Shown: positions 25,367 to 37,430 of the stretch, piece by piece
Layout of the letters: every line of letters starts with the position of its first letter
Position numbering within the stretch: the first letter of the stretch is position 1
Assembly: GCF_001194135.2 (NCBI RefSeq)
Contig: NC_068996.1
Coordinates: 29,587,917-29,644,771, forward strand
DNA length: 56,855 bases
Direction of reading: 5' to 3'
Source of the DNA: Octopus bimaculoides
Taxonomy: Eukaryota
The notes under the pieces: generated by a model
Told to the model about the DNA's origin: nothing
Databases searched by the model: none
Seen by the model: only the letters and a program-made list of their open reading frames with translations
Made by a program: the position numbers and the translations under genes

Positions 25367-25440
25367 GTAGGTAATAGTTTAATCTTCTGCATCAGTAATT
25401 TATTTTTTATTTTGTGTTTTAAACATTGTATAAATAATAT

Positions 25441-25577
25441 AGAATTCAGATTACTCTCTCAAATGTAATGCTTATTCACCAATGATTATTTCATAGCTTC
25501 AAAATTTCCATATGATTGTTTATTCCTTGAAGGATACATGTGATAGGCCAGATATGGCAAGCTTAAATGCTAAAGGG
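25441..25577. mobile_element. piggyBac-type MITE inside a 240-nt CBP intron
   Basis: Right end aaatgctaaaggg|TTAA intact; internal attcagattactct...gccagatatgg matches 46746-46961; left end decayed. Confidence 0.7.
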
Positions 25578-25606
25578 TTAATTGAACTTCCTTTCATTTT
25601 TTATAG

Positions 25607-25747
25607 ATTTGGAGATGAAATGCCAGATAGTTTTCCATACAGAGCAAAAGCAATGTTTGCTTTTGAAGAAATAGATAATGTAGATGTGTGTTTTTTTGGG
25701 ATGCATGTACAAGAATATGGCTCAGATTGTAATCAGCCAAACACAAG
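25607..25747 (+). CDS. CREBBP: CBP/p300 HAT exon (141 nt): FGDEMPDSFPYRAKAMFAFEEIDNVDVCFFGMHVQEYGSDCNQPNT
   Basis: ttttatag acceptor, gtatga donor; hallmark FPYR and VCFFGMHVQEYGS motifs. Confidence 0.98.
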
Positions 25748-25976
25748 GTATGAATTTTTTATATGTGTATGTGTTGGGTTGACATTTTTGTTATGATATT
25801 TCTAATTAAAAACTGCCTCAAATTCCAAAACAAATGTGAACTATTAATTTTCTATTAATATCACTATAAAATGAGTATTAAGTAACCTGAGATAAATAAC
25901 AGAATTGCAAGGTAGGACTTTAGATAAAAATTGTGCACATTAGTCTATCATTTGAACATGAGTGAGATAAAATTAA

Positions 25977-26068
25977 GGCACTTGCCCAAGGTGCCATGCA
26001 GTGGGACTAAACCTGGAACCATGTGGTTGAGAAGCAAACTTCTTGCTACATAGCCATACTTGCACTTC
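25977..26068 (-). mobile_element. SINE head fragment
   Basis: ggcacttgcccaaggtgccatgcagtgggactaaacctggaaccatgtggttgagaagcaaac. Confidence 0.7.
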
Positions 26069-26649
26069 ATATTGTAGCACAATATACCCAAATTTCATCC
26101 AGGTACAGTTTTTCTATTCTTTTATTACATTTTACATAGCAATTAGTCATTATATGGAGCACTTAAAATTGGCATAGTCAAAAGGTTTTGAATCACAAAG
26201 AAGACTATGATGGTGATGGAGGAAACTCTCAATTTCTCAATAATTTGGAAGATAGATGAGCAAACATATTTCATGCTACAAGAATGCTAACTGTATATGT
26301 TGGATGTTTGCCCAGTAAAAGATGTATGTTGATATTTTGATTTAAAAATGATTAAGTAAAGCTAGATATTTTGGTGGTAAAAGTCTAATAAGTTCAATAA
26401 TTTACATGCCCTCAGCTATTTCTTTTTTAAGTGCTGTCAATTTTGTGTTTCTTTTCAAGTTATGCACAGTAGTTCATTATCCTGTTTGTTTTTTAAAGCC
26501 CAAATTTATGCTAATTCTGTTGAAGCTTCTTGCCTAAAAAATTGGTAGATTTTGTAAATGTTTCGATATAACTCTTTTTTATTAAGTATTTGCAATATTT
26601 TGTATTATATTATGATATTATTAAAGAGAAAATTCTATTTTTACTACAG

Positions 26650-26929
26650 ACGTGTGTATATATCATATTTGGATAGCGTTCACTTTTTCCAACCAAGATC
26701 TCTCAGGACGGCTGTTTATCATGAAATTCTAATTGCTTATTTGGAATATGTTAGGCGATTAGGATACACAATGGCTCACATTTGGGCTTGTCCCCCTAGT
26801 GAAGGAGATGATTACATTTTTCACTGCCATCCTCCGGAACAAAAGATCCCTAAACCAAAACGGCTTCAAGAGTGGTATAAAAAGATGTTGGATAAGGCTA
26901 TAATAGAGCGTGTTGTGATTGATTATAAG
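26650..26929 (+). CDS. CREBBP: CBP/p300 HAT catalytic exon (280 nt): RVYISYLDSVHFF...HIWACPPSEGDDYIFHCHPPEQKIPKPKRLQEWYKKML...DYK
   Basis: ttactacag acceptor, gtaatt donor; near-identical to the p300/CBP KAT11 core. Confidence 0.99.
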
Positions 26930-27042
26930 GTAATTGCTTTGAATATCAGTCTTTTATTTATTTGATATTGTATTAATTTCTGCTTCAAAACAACTTTTAT
27001 TGTTGAAAAAATTTTTCACATATTTTGTTATTTACATTTTAG

Positions 27043-27246
27043 GACATTTTAAAAGATGCAGTAGAAAACAACCTTACAAGTGCAACTGAGATGCCATATT
27101 TTGAAGGAGATTTTTGGCCTAATGTTCTGGAGGAGAGCATCAAAGAGCTGGACCAAGAAGAAGAAGAAAAACGTAAAAGAGAGGAAGCTGAAGCTGCTGC
27201 AGCTGAAGAAGCTGCTGAACAGGGTGATGGAGAAGAAGCCGGCCAA
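27043..27246 (+). CDS. CREBBP: CBP/p300 HAT exon (204 nt): DILKDAVENNLTSATEMPYFEGDFWPNVLEESIKELDQEEEEKRKREE...EEAGQ
   Basis: acattttag acceptor, gtatgt donor; catalytic PYFEGDFWPN motif; missed by the + ORF track. Confidence 0.97.
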
Positions 27247-29366
27247 GTATGTTCAGTAAGAGCTTAGAGTTATTCAGTTATTTTCTTTCTTTCTCCTTTT
27301 TTGCATAATATTTGTATCATTGTAAGTAAATTTTTTGTGTGAAGTGAATTGTATGTTTTTATGCCTATCTTGTATTCAAAACTACAAAATGAACATTAAC
27401 AAAAAACTCAGCAAGGTCTTAAGCTAGTTATCTAGGCTTATTCAAACATTTAGCTGGTGAAGTCAAATCTATATTGCCAAAGAAATAAAGAGTAACTGCA
27501 AAATCAACTTCACAGTTGATGGTCCACATACAATCCACCATAGAAACACCAGTGAAGAACATGGAAAAAGTATTTGTATGCAGCCTGGGAGACAAGTCAG
27601 GTATACCTGACAAGTTTATGGATGTGGAAAGACCAATATGGCATCTTTCCATGGATTTTGTCTACTGTTGGTTTATAAGGTCCGATATTCATCATCAAGA
27701 GCTTTCACAAAAGGGTCAGCAGATCCTTACTGATTTGGCTGGGACTGCTTTGATGCCTGAGCAACATTAACAAAAAGTCGAAGCTTCTTACTAGCCACGT
27801 GGAATAATTTGTAGTGACTTGTGCCAGAGAGATAGTGAAATATCAAGTCTCAGGCTGATGTCAAGATTAGAACGAAAAGAAAAAGCAAAAGAAGTTGTAG
27901 ATGCTATATTATATGTACCTAAGGCGCTAACTTCTCATGGGTTTAGTGCTTTGTAACATTGGTGTTGCACATAAACAAAAGTCTAACAGCTTCATGCTTC
28001 AACGTTATGTCATGGAATAAATTACCTTATTTGGAAACAAGTGAATTAGTTTCAACAAAGCCACTCAACTGTAGAGTGCTGCTTCATTGTACATACTTGT
28101 AAGGGAAAAGTAGCTTTAGAAATGAGTAAATTGAGATTTTTTACATTGTATGTGTGCCTATATGATGTTACTTTTTTAGAAATTAAGCAATCTTTAACAA
28201 AAAAAAGTACACAGCCTTTGCTAGTATGTAGGCTCTAAATAGTAAAACTCAAGGATCACCAAATTAGTGTCACTAGTATTTATTTTTAATCTCTTGTACA
28301 TTGTCCAAATTTCAGAAACATTCATCTATATATATTCTGAATATACAAAATTATCATGTAACAAAAGCAACTATTGTGAATGGGCCATTCATACATAAGT
28401 ATAAACATGATTCAGCAAATATTAACATTTGAATTGTAAAATGAAACACTATCAGAGGTCCTCTAAGTATTTAAGTCTGTGAACAATTTTGTATGTATGG
28501 TCACCACTTCATTATATTCATACAGAGGTGATGAAAAAGAGAGCAAACTATATCATGTCCCAGCAGTATAATCTGCATATTCTATGATTGCCTTTGCATG
28601 CAACTCAAACTTTTGATTTGCCACACACACACACTCTAAATTAAAATCTTTCAGCAAGTGTACATGTGTATAAAATAGTTTCTTAAAATCATCAGTGATA
28701 GAGCCAATATTTGTTTGCATAACTAATCTATATTTAATTTATATACAGCATTAACCCTTGCACACTGTGAATCCAGGTGAACTCACCTAAATCAAAACGC
28801 TCATGAAGTTCTGAATTTTCTAATCTAAGGGAGAAAACTTAAATCCCTTTATCATTTATTTACATTTTATGTTTGCTGTTAAAATTTGATGCACATGCTG
28901 CAGGACGTTTGCTGTTTTTGGAGTTTTGTTTTCAGCAGAGTGTTCTTGTATTCTTGGGTATGTTGTTTCTGAAGAGTAAGTGTTATTTCTAAAGAGAGTA
29001 ACTCAGTTTGCCTGTAAATTTCATAATCTACTAATATATAATATTTTTTAATGAAAATGTACAAAAAAGTGACGGAAGTTTTTTCTCTGTTTATACATTT
29101 AATTTATTACTAATACCTTTTTCTTTTCTTTTCTTTTTTTTTTTTTTATAAGAATAGGACAACATTATTTTTAGTAATTATACTTTCAGAACAGTTTCCT
29201 CCACCAATAATTAAGTCGCCTCATTAACTGAAACTATCTATTATACTGGTGCATCTATCTAACAAAAATGATCATGAGAACAGGCTGGAGAAAGTTCAGA
29301 GAGCTTTTACTGGCATCAAAAGTTTTCTCTTTCAGGGTGAAAGATAATTTGTATGATGCTTTGGAA

Positions 29367-31029
29367 CAGTGGTTCTCAACTTTTTTCACCTTCAGGCCCA
29401 CTTTTTATATTCAAAAAGAAACCCCAAGCCCACTGACCTCTTAACCAGTTATCCGACCTTCCTCCAGAATATAAACCCCATAAAGTAGTAATTGTTTCCA
29501 CATGCCAGCTTCATGTACAGGTACAATCACAATCGTTAATTAAATACTACATCAGTGTTATATCTTCTTGTTTATGGAACCTGCAAGCAAAAAACCCCAT
29601 CTAAGAATGGAAGAAAAGTACATTTACATTTTTATTTTATAAGAAATGAAGAAGCAATTTAATGGTTACATTGTGGTTGGTGTTTTTCAATTAGGTTATC
29701 AATTTGAATTTCAAATGATTGGTTCAACTTGAGATGCAAATCTCCTCTTTTCACAATTCGAAGGAAGAACATTCTGTTATTGTGGGTTTTCTTTGGTTTT
29801 TTTTTTTGTTCTTGTGTGTGTGAGAGAGAGAGAGAGAGAGAAAATGTCGCTCACTGCAGAAAATCCAGCTTCAACTAACCAGGATGTTGGAAAGCGGAGG
29901 AGGAATGGGATTGTGTTGTAAATGCTGTCTTTGCATGCAGCCAGCCATGAAGACCTTCTCTCTTCAACTTTGTCATTAAGGTTGCATTCTCTTTAAGATC
30001 AAGAAGATCGGCTGCAAGTTTGAGATTAAGATCTTGATCACTAATGACATCATGATGATGAAGGTAAAAATGCCACTTCGGTGACTTCAAGTCGAGTATA
30101 TCCTGGAAGTGTCTTCTCGTTCCATTTGCAAGCTCTTCAAATGGCTGATGCAGCTGATGATTACAGCTTTTGATGGTTCTGTTTTAACAAGATGACTGAA
30201 AAAAGCAAATTAACTCCTTTGAAGCTGAATTACCGATAAACCAAGCTTGTTTATGAATGACCATATCTTCTCGGTACAGTCCACTATTATAGCACTGCAT
30301 CCTTGAATCAATTTATTTAAAGGCGTTGACCTGCGAGAAAATGTTGGCAAGGTAGAAAATTCTTGCCTTTGTGTCGAGATCATTCACAACTTCAAGCAGG
30401 AAGTTTGCCTTTTCCTTTTGCTTCTGCTGGCTTGCTTGAAGTTGCATGTTCTCAAGGAAAAGCAGAAGTGTATTGCACATTTGTGCATGGCATGAGAGAC
30501 AATCGCCTTTTGATAGCCATCGAACTTTGGTATGTAATAGAAGCTTTTGGTACTCCTCATTTTCGCAGAGTTGTGAAAATATCCTTTTGTTAAGAGCTTT
30601 GGCTTTGACAAAATTGACAGACGAAATCGCCTATTGGAGGGCACTGTCCATTTCACTATTAACTGATTTAGCAGCAAGGTGTTGTTGATGGATGATGCAA
30701 TAGGTTGACAAAATGTGGGGAGCGATTTCTTTCAGTTTCACTATAAATCCATTGTGTCTACCTATCATTGCACCATCCGTAGCAATTTGCAGCAGATTCA
30801 ATAATGGGATTTTTTTTTTTCTTCAAAATAAGATTTGATGACTTCAAATATAGTCTCACTCTTTGTATCAGTTAATGCTTTCATCAAGAGCATTTCTTCT
30901 CCTATAGTCAGCTCTTCAATAAAGTGAACATCTAGAAAATTTCCAAGGTCCTCTCAAAATTTTCTCAGACACCCTCAAAATTTTCCAAGGCCCACTAATG
31001 GGCCTCAGGCCTAATGTTGAGAACCACTG
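29367..31029 (-). mobile_element. hAT (Charlie-type) DNA transposon, internally deleted
   Basis: TIRs CAGTGGTTCTCAAC / GTTGAGAACCACTG; 8-bp TSD ctttggaa / ctttagaa; minus-strand transposase remnants IATDGAMIG and KLLLHTKVRWLSKG. Confidence 0.9.
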
Positions 31030-31096
31030 CTTTAGAATACAGAAGATTTGCAAAGACTAGAAAGAATAGTTTTGTGCATGAACAATAAACTTCAAA

Positions 31097-31310
31097 TATG
31101 TTGAGAGAAACATTAGGAATTAAAGGAATCAGATGAGGCTGCACCAGTGTGGATGAGGACAGTTGCATAAACCAGTGCTGATCACTTAAGGAGGTGTTTG
31201 AAAGAGCCAGGAAGACATTGGCTGTAGTAGTAGACTGCTCTTGGGGCTTTCAAAGAGGAGATAACAAAAGATCAGGATGACTGGAGAAATGCAGTACTTA
31301 AGAAGACCCA
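31097..31310 (+). mobile_element. Old RTE C-terminal fragment
   Basis: LRETLGIKGIR...MDEDSCINQC...RKTLAVVV. Confidence 0.6.
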
Positions 31311-31439
31311 CCCGTCTTGGTGAAGATAAGATTCTAGAAATACAGTGTGTGTCCTTTCATTTCAGTCTCTGAATATATACTCAGTATAAATATTGGTATG
31401 TTTGGTGATAACGCATCCTTCCCTTACTCCTCTTTTGAT

Positions 31440-31640
31440 CTCTGTTGGTTCAGAAAATTCACAGTCTATCTTGATGGCTGCCTTTTGGTTTCAGTTAACA
31501 CAGATGATGCTGATCTACCTTGACAGAATATGGCATCTCTTGCACCTCTGTTGGTCCCAAATCCACCTCGCTCCTCACTGACTGCTGCACTCACTCTTTT
31601 AATCTTCCTAGTATGACTAAGAAATATTTTTAAGAGCATG
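31440..31640 (-). mobile_element. Non-LTR RT fragment of a different family
   Basis: VSEERGGFGTNRGARDAIF resembles the RT motif EEQxGFxxxRGTRDAIF. Confidence 0.6.
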
Positions 31641-31695
31641 AGACACGAGATAAGTAGTTCTATGTGTGTGGGTATGCACACACATCCATGTACAT

Positions 31696-31734
<39 letters not shown>

Positions 31735-32592
31735 GGCAGGTTCTTCGTGTCCTCAAGTGGCTATGTAAACATCCCTGGTACTGTAGGGCTTTACTTAAAG
31801 CGAGAGTCAGTCTGCATAATCTGATCCCACTCTTAAGACTTAGAGGTCTGATTATAGTAGTTCAACAGTCTAAAATGGCTGCAATGATTTGCTTTATAGG
31901 GCTGGAGTTGCTGGAAAGGTGTCAAAGAGGGCACTGGACATCAGTGTGATGTGATCTGGGAACTTTGTTTCACAAGATCCCTGCTCGGCTGTTAGTCTGG
32001 GGTTGTGAAAAGTACACATCATGGATATTTCAACAAACTGGGCTTCTCTCCAGCCTGAGAAAAGTGTTGGCCTCCTTTCTGGGGATACATTTAATGGGAC
32101 CCTCTTTCAGTACACAAGTTAGTTAACTAAGTCACCAACTATGAGAACATGGCTTATGTCCACATATACAACATATTAGGTGGGAGGATTCCAAAAGACC
32201 TGTTGTTAATCTACAAGAAAGATTAAAAATTTCTTTACACAGTCTTTAGAAGGTGGGAGGAGGTTGCTAGTGATCACTCTCTCTGGAACATGCACTAAGT
32301 AGGAATTTGATATACGAGGAAAGCCTGAAACCTGCTAATGAAGGCAAGCCAATTTGACTAAAGAGATTGACAGGCACTGCTTTCAAATGCTGTCTCTAGT
32401 TACAATCCATGGTCTTGAGAGATTTACGAATGTCTCCATCAAGTGAGCATGTGTAAATGTCTGCATATATTTAGACATATTCACTCACTTGCACTCTTAT
32501 ATCTCATTTATATGCCCCAAAGTAGTTAACTTGCCACTCTCATCTTTACAGATTTCCATTAATTGTTAAAATGTTTGTAGTCATCGTTTCAG

Positions 32593-32751
32593 AATGGCCA
32601 GGGCAAAAAGAAGGGCCAGAAAAGTGGTCGCAATAAAAAAGCCAATAAAAATAAAAGCAACCAACGGAAAAATAATAAGAAAACAAATCTTCCTCATGGT
32701 GGAAATGATCTCTCAGCAAAGTTATATTCCACTATGGAAAAACACAAAGAA
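32593..32751 (+). CDS. CREBBP: CBP/p300 exon (159 nt): Lys-rich autoinhibitory loop NGQGKKKGQKSGRNKK...NDLSAKLYSTMEKHKE
   Basis: cgtttcag acceptor, gtatgt donor; conserved NDLS.KLY.TMEKHKE. Confidence 0.96.
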
Positions 32752-32892
32752 GTATGTAATCACGTTTATTTCATTATAAAACATAATTGACATATCTGAA
32801 TTTCATCTTATTTTCATAACTTAGAAAATTAATTCAATTTTTTTCTTTTTGTAATTTCTATGTGTTAATTTAATTTATATATTGAATTTCAG

Positions 32893-33174
32893 GTCTTTTT
32901 TGTCATCCGTCTTCACTCAGTGCAGTCAGCAGGGAGCTTACCCCATATTGAAGACCCAGATCCCTTAATTTCTTGTGATTTAATGGATGGTCGGGATGCA
33001 TTTCTCACTATTGCTAGGGAAAAACATTATGAATTTTCTTCTTTACGAAGAGCCAAATATTCATCAATGGCTTTACTTTATGAACTGCATAATCAGGGAA
33101 GAGACAGCTTTGCCTATAATTGTAATCACTGCAAGTCTCTTGTTGAAACACGGTACCATTGTTCACAGTGTGAT
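32893..33174 (+). CDS. CREBBP: CBP/p300 exon (282 nt): HAT C-terminus and start of ZZ (VFFVIRL...CDLMDGRDAFL...CNHCK...CSQCD)
   Basis: atttcag acceptor, gtaagt donor; hallmark motifs. Confidence 0.98.
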
Positions 33175-33499
33175 GTAAGTAGAATTTTTTTTGAAAATAT
33201 GCTATTACTTGGAAATGAAAATATAGTATCTGGTTTAGTAGTCCTGGTGTACTCAAACTATCTTGTACTCTGTCTATAGGTTTATTAAAAATATGTATCA
33301 GTAATAGACCAAAAGTAATTGTATTAGGAATATTAGTATTATACAAACAGCTCTATATTTTTATACCTCAATTAGTTTTTACTGGAACCCTGTTTAGCTT
33401 TGATATTGTTAACAGTTAAAAATTACAAAATCGAGATTTAGATTGATTTATATTTGTACATAAATGATTATAAAATTTTTTTCTTTTTTAATTTTGCAG

Positions 33500-34516
33500 G
33501 ATTTTGATCTTTGTGTTCCTTGTTATGAAAAAGAAGGTCATCCTCATAAAATGGATAAACTTGGATTTGACCTTGATGATGGAGCTACTTCAGCAGAAAA
33601 GCAAGAAAATCCTCAGGAATGTCGACGGCAGTCTGTTCAAAGATGTATTCAGTCTATTATTCATGCATATCAGTGTAGAGATGCTAATTGTAGACTGGCA
33701 AATTGTCAGAGAATGAAACGTGTTGTAGCACACACAAAAATATGTAAACGGAAAACTACTGGTGGTTGTCCCATTTGCAAACAGTTGCTAGCACTTTGCT
33801 GCTACCATGCAAAACATTGTACAGAAAATAAATGCCCGGCTCCATTCTGTTTCCAAATTAAACATAAATTAACGCAGCAGCAATTACAACAAAGACTGCA
33901 ACAAGCACGAATGATTAGGCGGCGCATGGAAACTATGTCTCAACGGAACTCTAATAATAGTAATGTTCAGCCTATGCCTCAGCAGCCACAAATACCTCCT
34001 TTTGGGGGGAAACCTCAGGGGCCACCCCCAGGTGCTATGCAAGCTGCTCGTCAGGCTCAAGAAGCTGCACAGCGACAAGCTGTTTCTTTAGGTAAGCCAT
34101 CAGGACCTATTAATAATTTACCACCACAGGCGAAAATGCAGGCTATGCAACCAAAACCAATGAACCCCATGCCACAATCTGTACAGGGTGCCATGGTGCA
34201 ACCATGGCAAAATTATTCAAGTCAACAAGGTCCTCCACCACAACCACCACCACAACCACGTCAAATGCCACCTCAGAGAATGCCAATGCAACAGCCACAA
34301 CAACTTGGTGCTCCTATAAACCCTGGTATGAATCAAATTCAATCAAAAGCTTCTATGCAGCAGTTAATGCAAGTATTGAAAACCCCGCAATCACCACAAC
34401 AACAAACTCAGATTTTAAATATTTTAAAATCAAATCCAAGTTTAATGGCAATTTTTCTTAAAAATAAAGATCAACAACAGCAGCAACAGCAACAACAGCA
34501 ACAACAACAGCAACAG

Positions 34517-34548
<32 letters not shown>

Positions 34549-35245
34549 GCAGATGCCTAATATGCAAAGTCTCCAACAACCAGGAGGGCAACAACTTCCA
34601 TCACAGCAGCAACAATTATGGTATTCTAAAATGAGTCCAGTTATACCTAGACAACAACAGATTACTCCATTTCAACAGCCACAACCACAGCCCCAATTTA
34701 CACAACGAACAAGAATGAATTTTCCTCAGCAAGGAGTTCAAGGAGATGGTTCCCAGCATATGGCTCAGTTCCAACAGCAACAAATGATGCAACAGGTTCA
34801 ACAGCATCAACAACAAATAAAACAGCATCTCTCTGGTGGACAACCTGTTAGTCCACAACAGATGCTTGCTCATCAGACTGCTCCTTCTCCACAACAAATT
34901 ATGCAACAAGTTCGTTCACCTCCAACTTCCACATTACCACAAACTGTCCGTTCACCACAACCTACTCAATCTCCACGGCAGCAACCCATTCCTTCACCTA
35001 GACAGTCTCAACAATCACATCATATACCTCCTACTACTCATTCACCACATTCGGTTGTGGCTGGACAAGCCACTACACCAGATCCTAATCAAATTCATTC
35101 AGATCAGGTCATGCTTCCACAATTACAAACTCATGGTAATGTTTCACAGTTAAAAAGCCCTAGTTCTTCAGATTTATCACATGGACAAGACTCTGAAGTT
35201 GCTTCAATAAATCCAGACTCTTTAAAATTGGTTGAAAAGGTGTAG
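33500..35245 (+). CDS. CREBBP: CBP/p300 last coding exon: ZZ end, TAZ2, NCBD, polyQ, Q/P-rich tail, TAG stop
   Basis: ttttgcag acceptor; DFDLCVPC, TAZ2 GGCPICKQLLALCCYHAKHC, NCBD ILNILKSNPSLMA. All ten exons sum to 3166 nt in one frame. Confidence 0.98.
34472..34552 (+). repeat. Coding CAG/CAA repeat, 27 Gln
   Basis: 81 nt of mixed CAA/CAG codons in frame. Confidence 0.95.
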
Positions 35246-37370
35246 TGAAGACTGAAAACAAAGTAAAGGGGGCAAACCAAGTGATCTGTATAAAACCCAT
35301 TATAGAGAATGGTCATTGACGTTATATTTTGTCTGTTTTTTCCAGAACAAAAGTGAAAATTTTTCAGAGGAAGAGATGTTTATTTTATACATAAAAATTG
35401 TAGGTAGCAATTGAATTAACTTCTATCACATTACCAATGGACAAGAATTTATCTAATTATAAACTGTACACAATAATTTGTATAGGTAGTTCATGGAAAG
35501 TCTGTCATCCTTTGCATTGCAAATGTGCCTAGTTCTTCCTCTGGTAGATAGTTGAACCAATATCCTTTGTTTAGGTGTTACTGTTTTAGGATTCAACATT
35601 CATTTCAAGAAAAGGTTAATCAAATCAGTGTGCATAAACCTAATGACCTATATTGTTATTTCCACAGAACATTTTTATTCGAATTCAATTCACAGAATGA
35701 ATTGTTGTATGGACACACATTTTTAACTTAATGATATACTAATATCTTTATAAATGTGTGCACCTTTCCTATTTCAAAGGCTTATGTTCAAGTGAGTTCT
35801 ATGTGAGATAGGTGTGAACTGACGACAGAACAAGATTGCTTGATGCCCTGTTTCTAAGTTGATTCACTGTGCTTCAACATTATTGTTGCAGTTAACATAT
35901 CAATGAAAAGCTACCTTTTGAGAAGTGATCACCATTGCTCATTTGTAAAATAGATATGCTCATTAAACCCACCTCAATTTTAAAATATTAGAAAAGGCAT
36001 AAGACTAATCATTATCCTTTGTGCTGGTAAAATTTCTATCAGTTTGAACAATTATTGAATCCATTTTTAATTGCATTTATGTGTTATTTTACAGACTTAC
36101 ATAATTGTCCATACTAGACAAATAACATACATTACCAAAACCGAAAAAAAAAACCTGAAAATTAAAAAAAGAAAATTATATTAATTTTTTTTCCTTCCCC
36201 TTAGAAAGCTCACATTGTAGTCAAGTCCAGTCAAATACAGACTTGATAAGCTTGACTGCTGCACTTTTATCCATTCTAGAGGATTAAGCTATCATGGCAT
36301 AGCTGCCATGCTTTCTGTAACAGCAATTTTGTTGAAGTCTTTATAAATTAAATAACTGATACTGTTATTGTTCATGTAGATGTGTCCTTGAATGTTTTGT
36401 GCTGTTTTGCCAGAAAGTATTAGAAAAGCAAGTTTTTCTTGCATTCTAAACTCTGAAAATTTATTGAATCTTATTTCAGAGTCCTCATTCAAAACTCTAT
36501 TTGTAAGATAATTGTTGATAACTTTTAAAATACGCTCCTGTTGTACTATAGACATTTCACACAAAAAAAAAAAAAAAATGGCTTTCGGAAAACAGTTTGA
36601 TAAAATATTTGCAAATCACAATTGTGTTTGTATAACTATGTGCACTATGATTTCATTTATATGAAACCTAAGCATCATGCAATTTGAAGTGAGCATTTAT
36701 TTTAGTATGTGAAAAAAAAAATGGGAAAAGAAAAAGAAAATTCTGTGGACACTGCCAAACGAATTCCATGAAGCAAGAATTAGTGTCTTTTCAATGAGGG
36801 TAAGATTCCATTTTAAAGATTAAGAGTTATTGATTTTATAAGATTATGGAAGAATTATTCAAGTGTAAAATATTCGCGCACACATACACATACAGAAGAG
36901 GAAAAGCTGATTTGATAAAAAAAAAATTGCTTTACTATTAAAGAAGGAAGTCAGATTAAACTATTTGTTGATAAATAGTTTGAAATGTCATTCTGATTGT
37001 CAACAATCCTTATTTATTGTCCCATATTTATTTTAAGTATTTGTACCAGCTTAATAAGCATTAGTCTTTGGAATTTTTCAGTGATTTTCTTTATCAGCTT
37101 TTAGCAATTTTTAATTCTTTTATTTTGTCCAGATCTACTCTGTAATAATAATTTTTATGTAACCACACTATATGCAAGGTATTTAAGATATAAGTGCTAA
37201 AAACCTAACTGAAGAACCTCTATGAGTGGGAGCTGGAGAGAGAGAGAGAGAGAGAGAAAGAAAAATTGTGAATGTGTCTGATATCTAAGAGGCTTTGTGG
37301 TTTATTAAATGTTGCACTCTTTCAAATATCTAGTTGTGTGTGTGTATGTGTGTGTGTGTATATATATATA

Positions 37371-37430
<60 letters not shown>

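Noticed and set aside
25367-25376. Second donor gtaata 4 nt after the exon ending at 25366
   Set aside because: Use would shift the frame and include a TAG; no support.
36292-36564. 90-aa minus-strand ORF in the CBP 3' region
   Set aside because: No recognisable motif or splice context; a length expected by chance.
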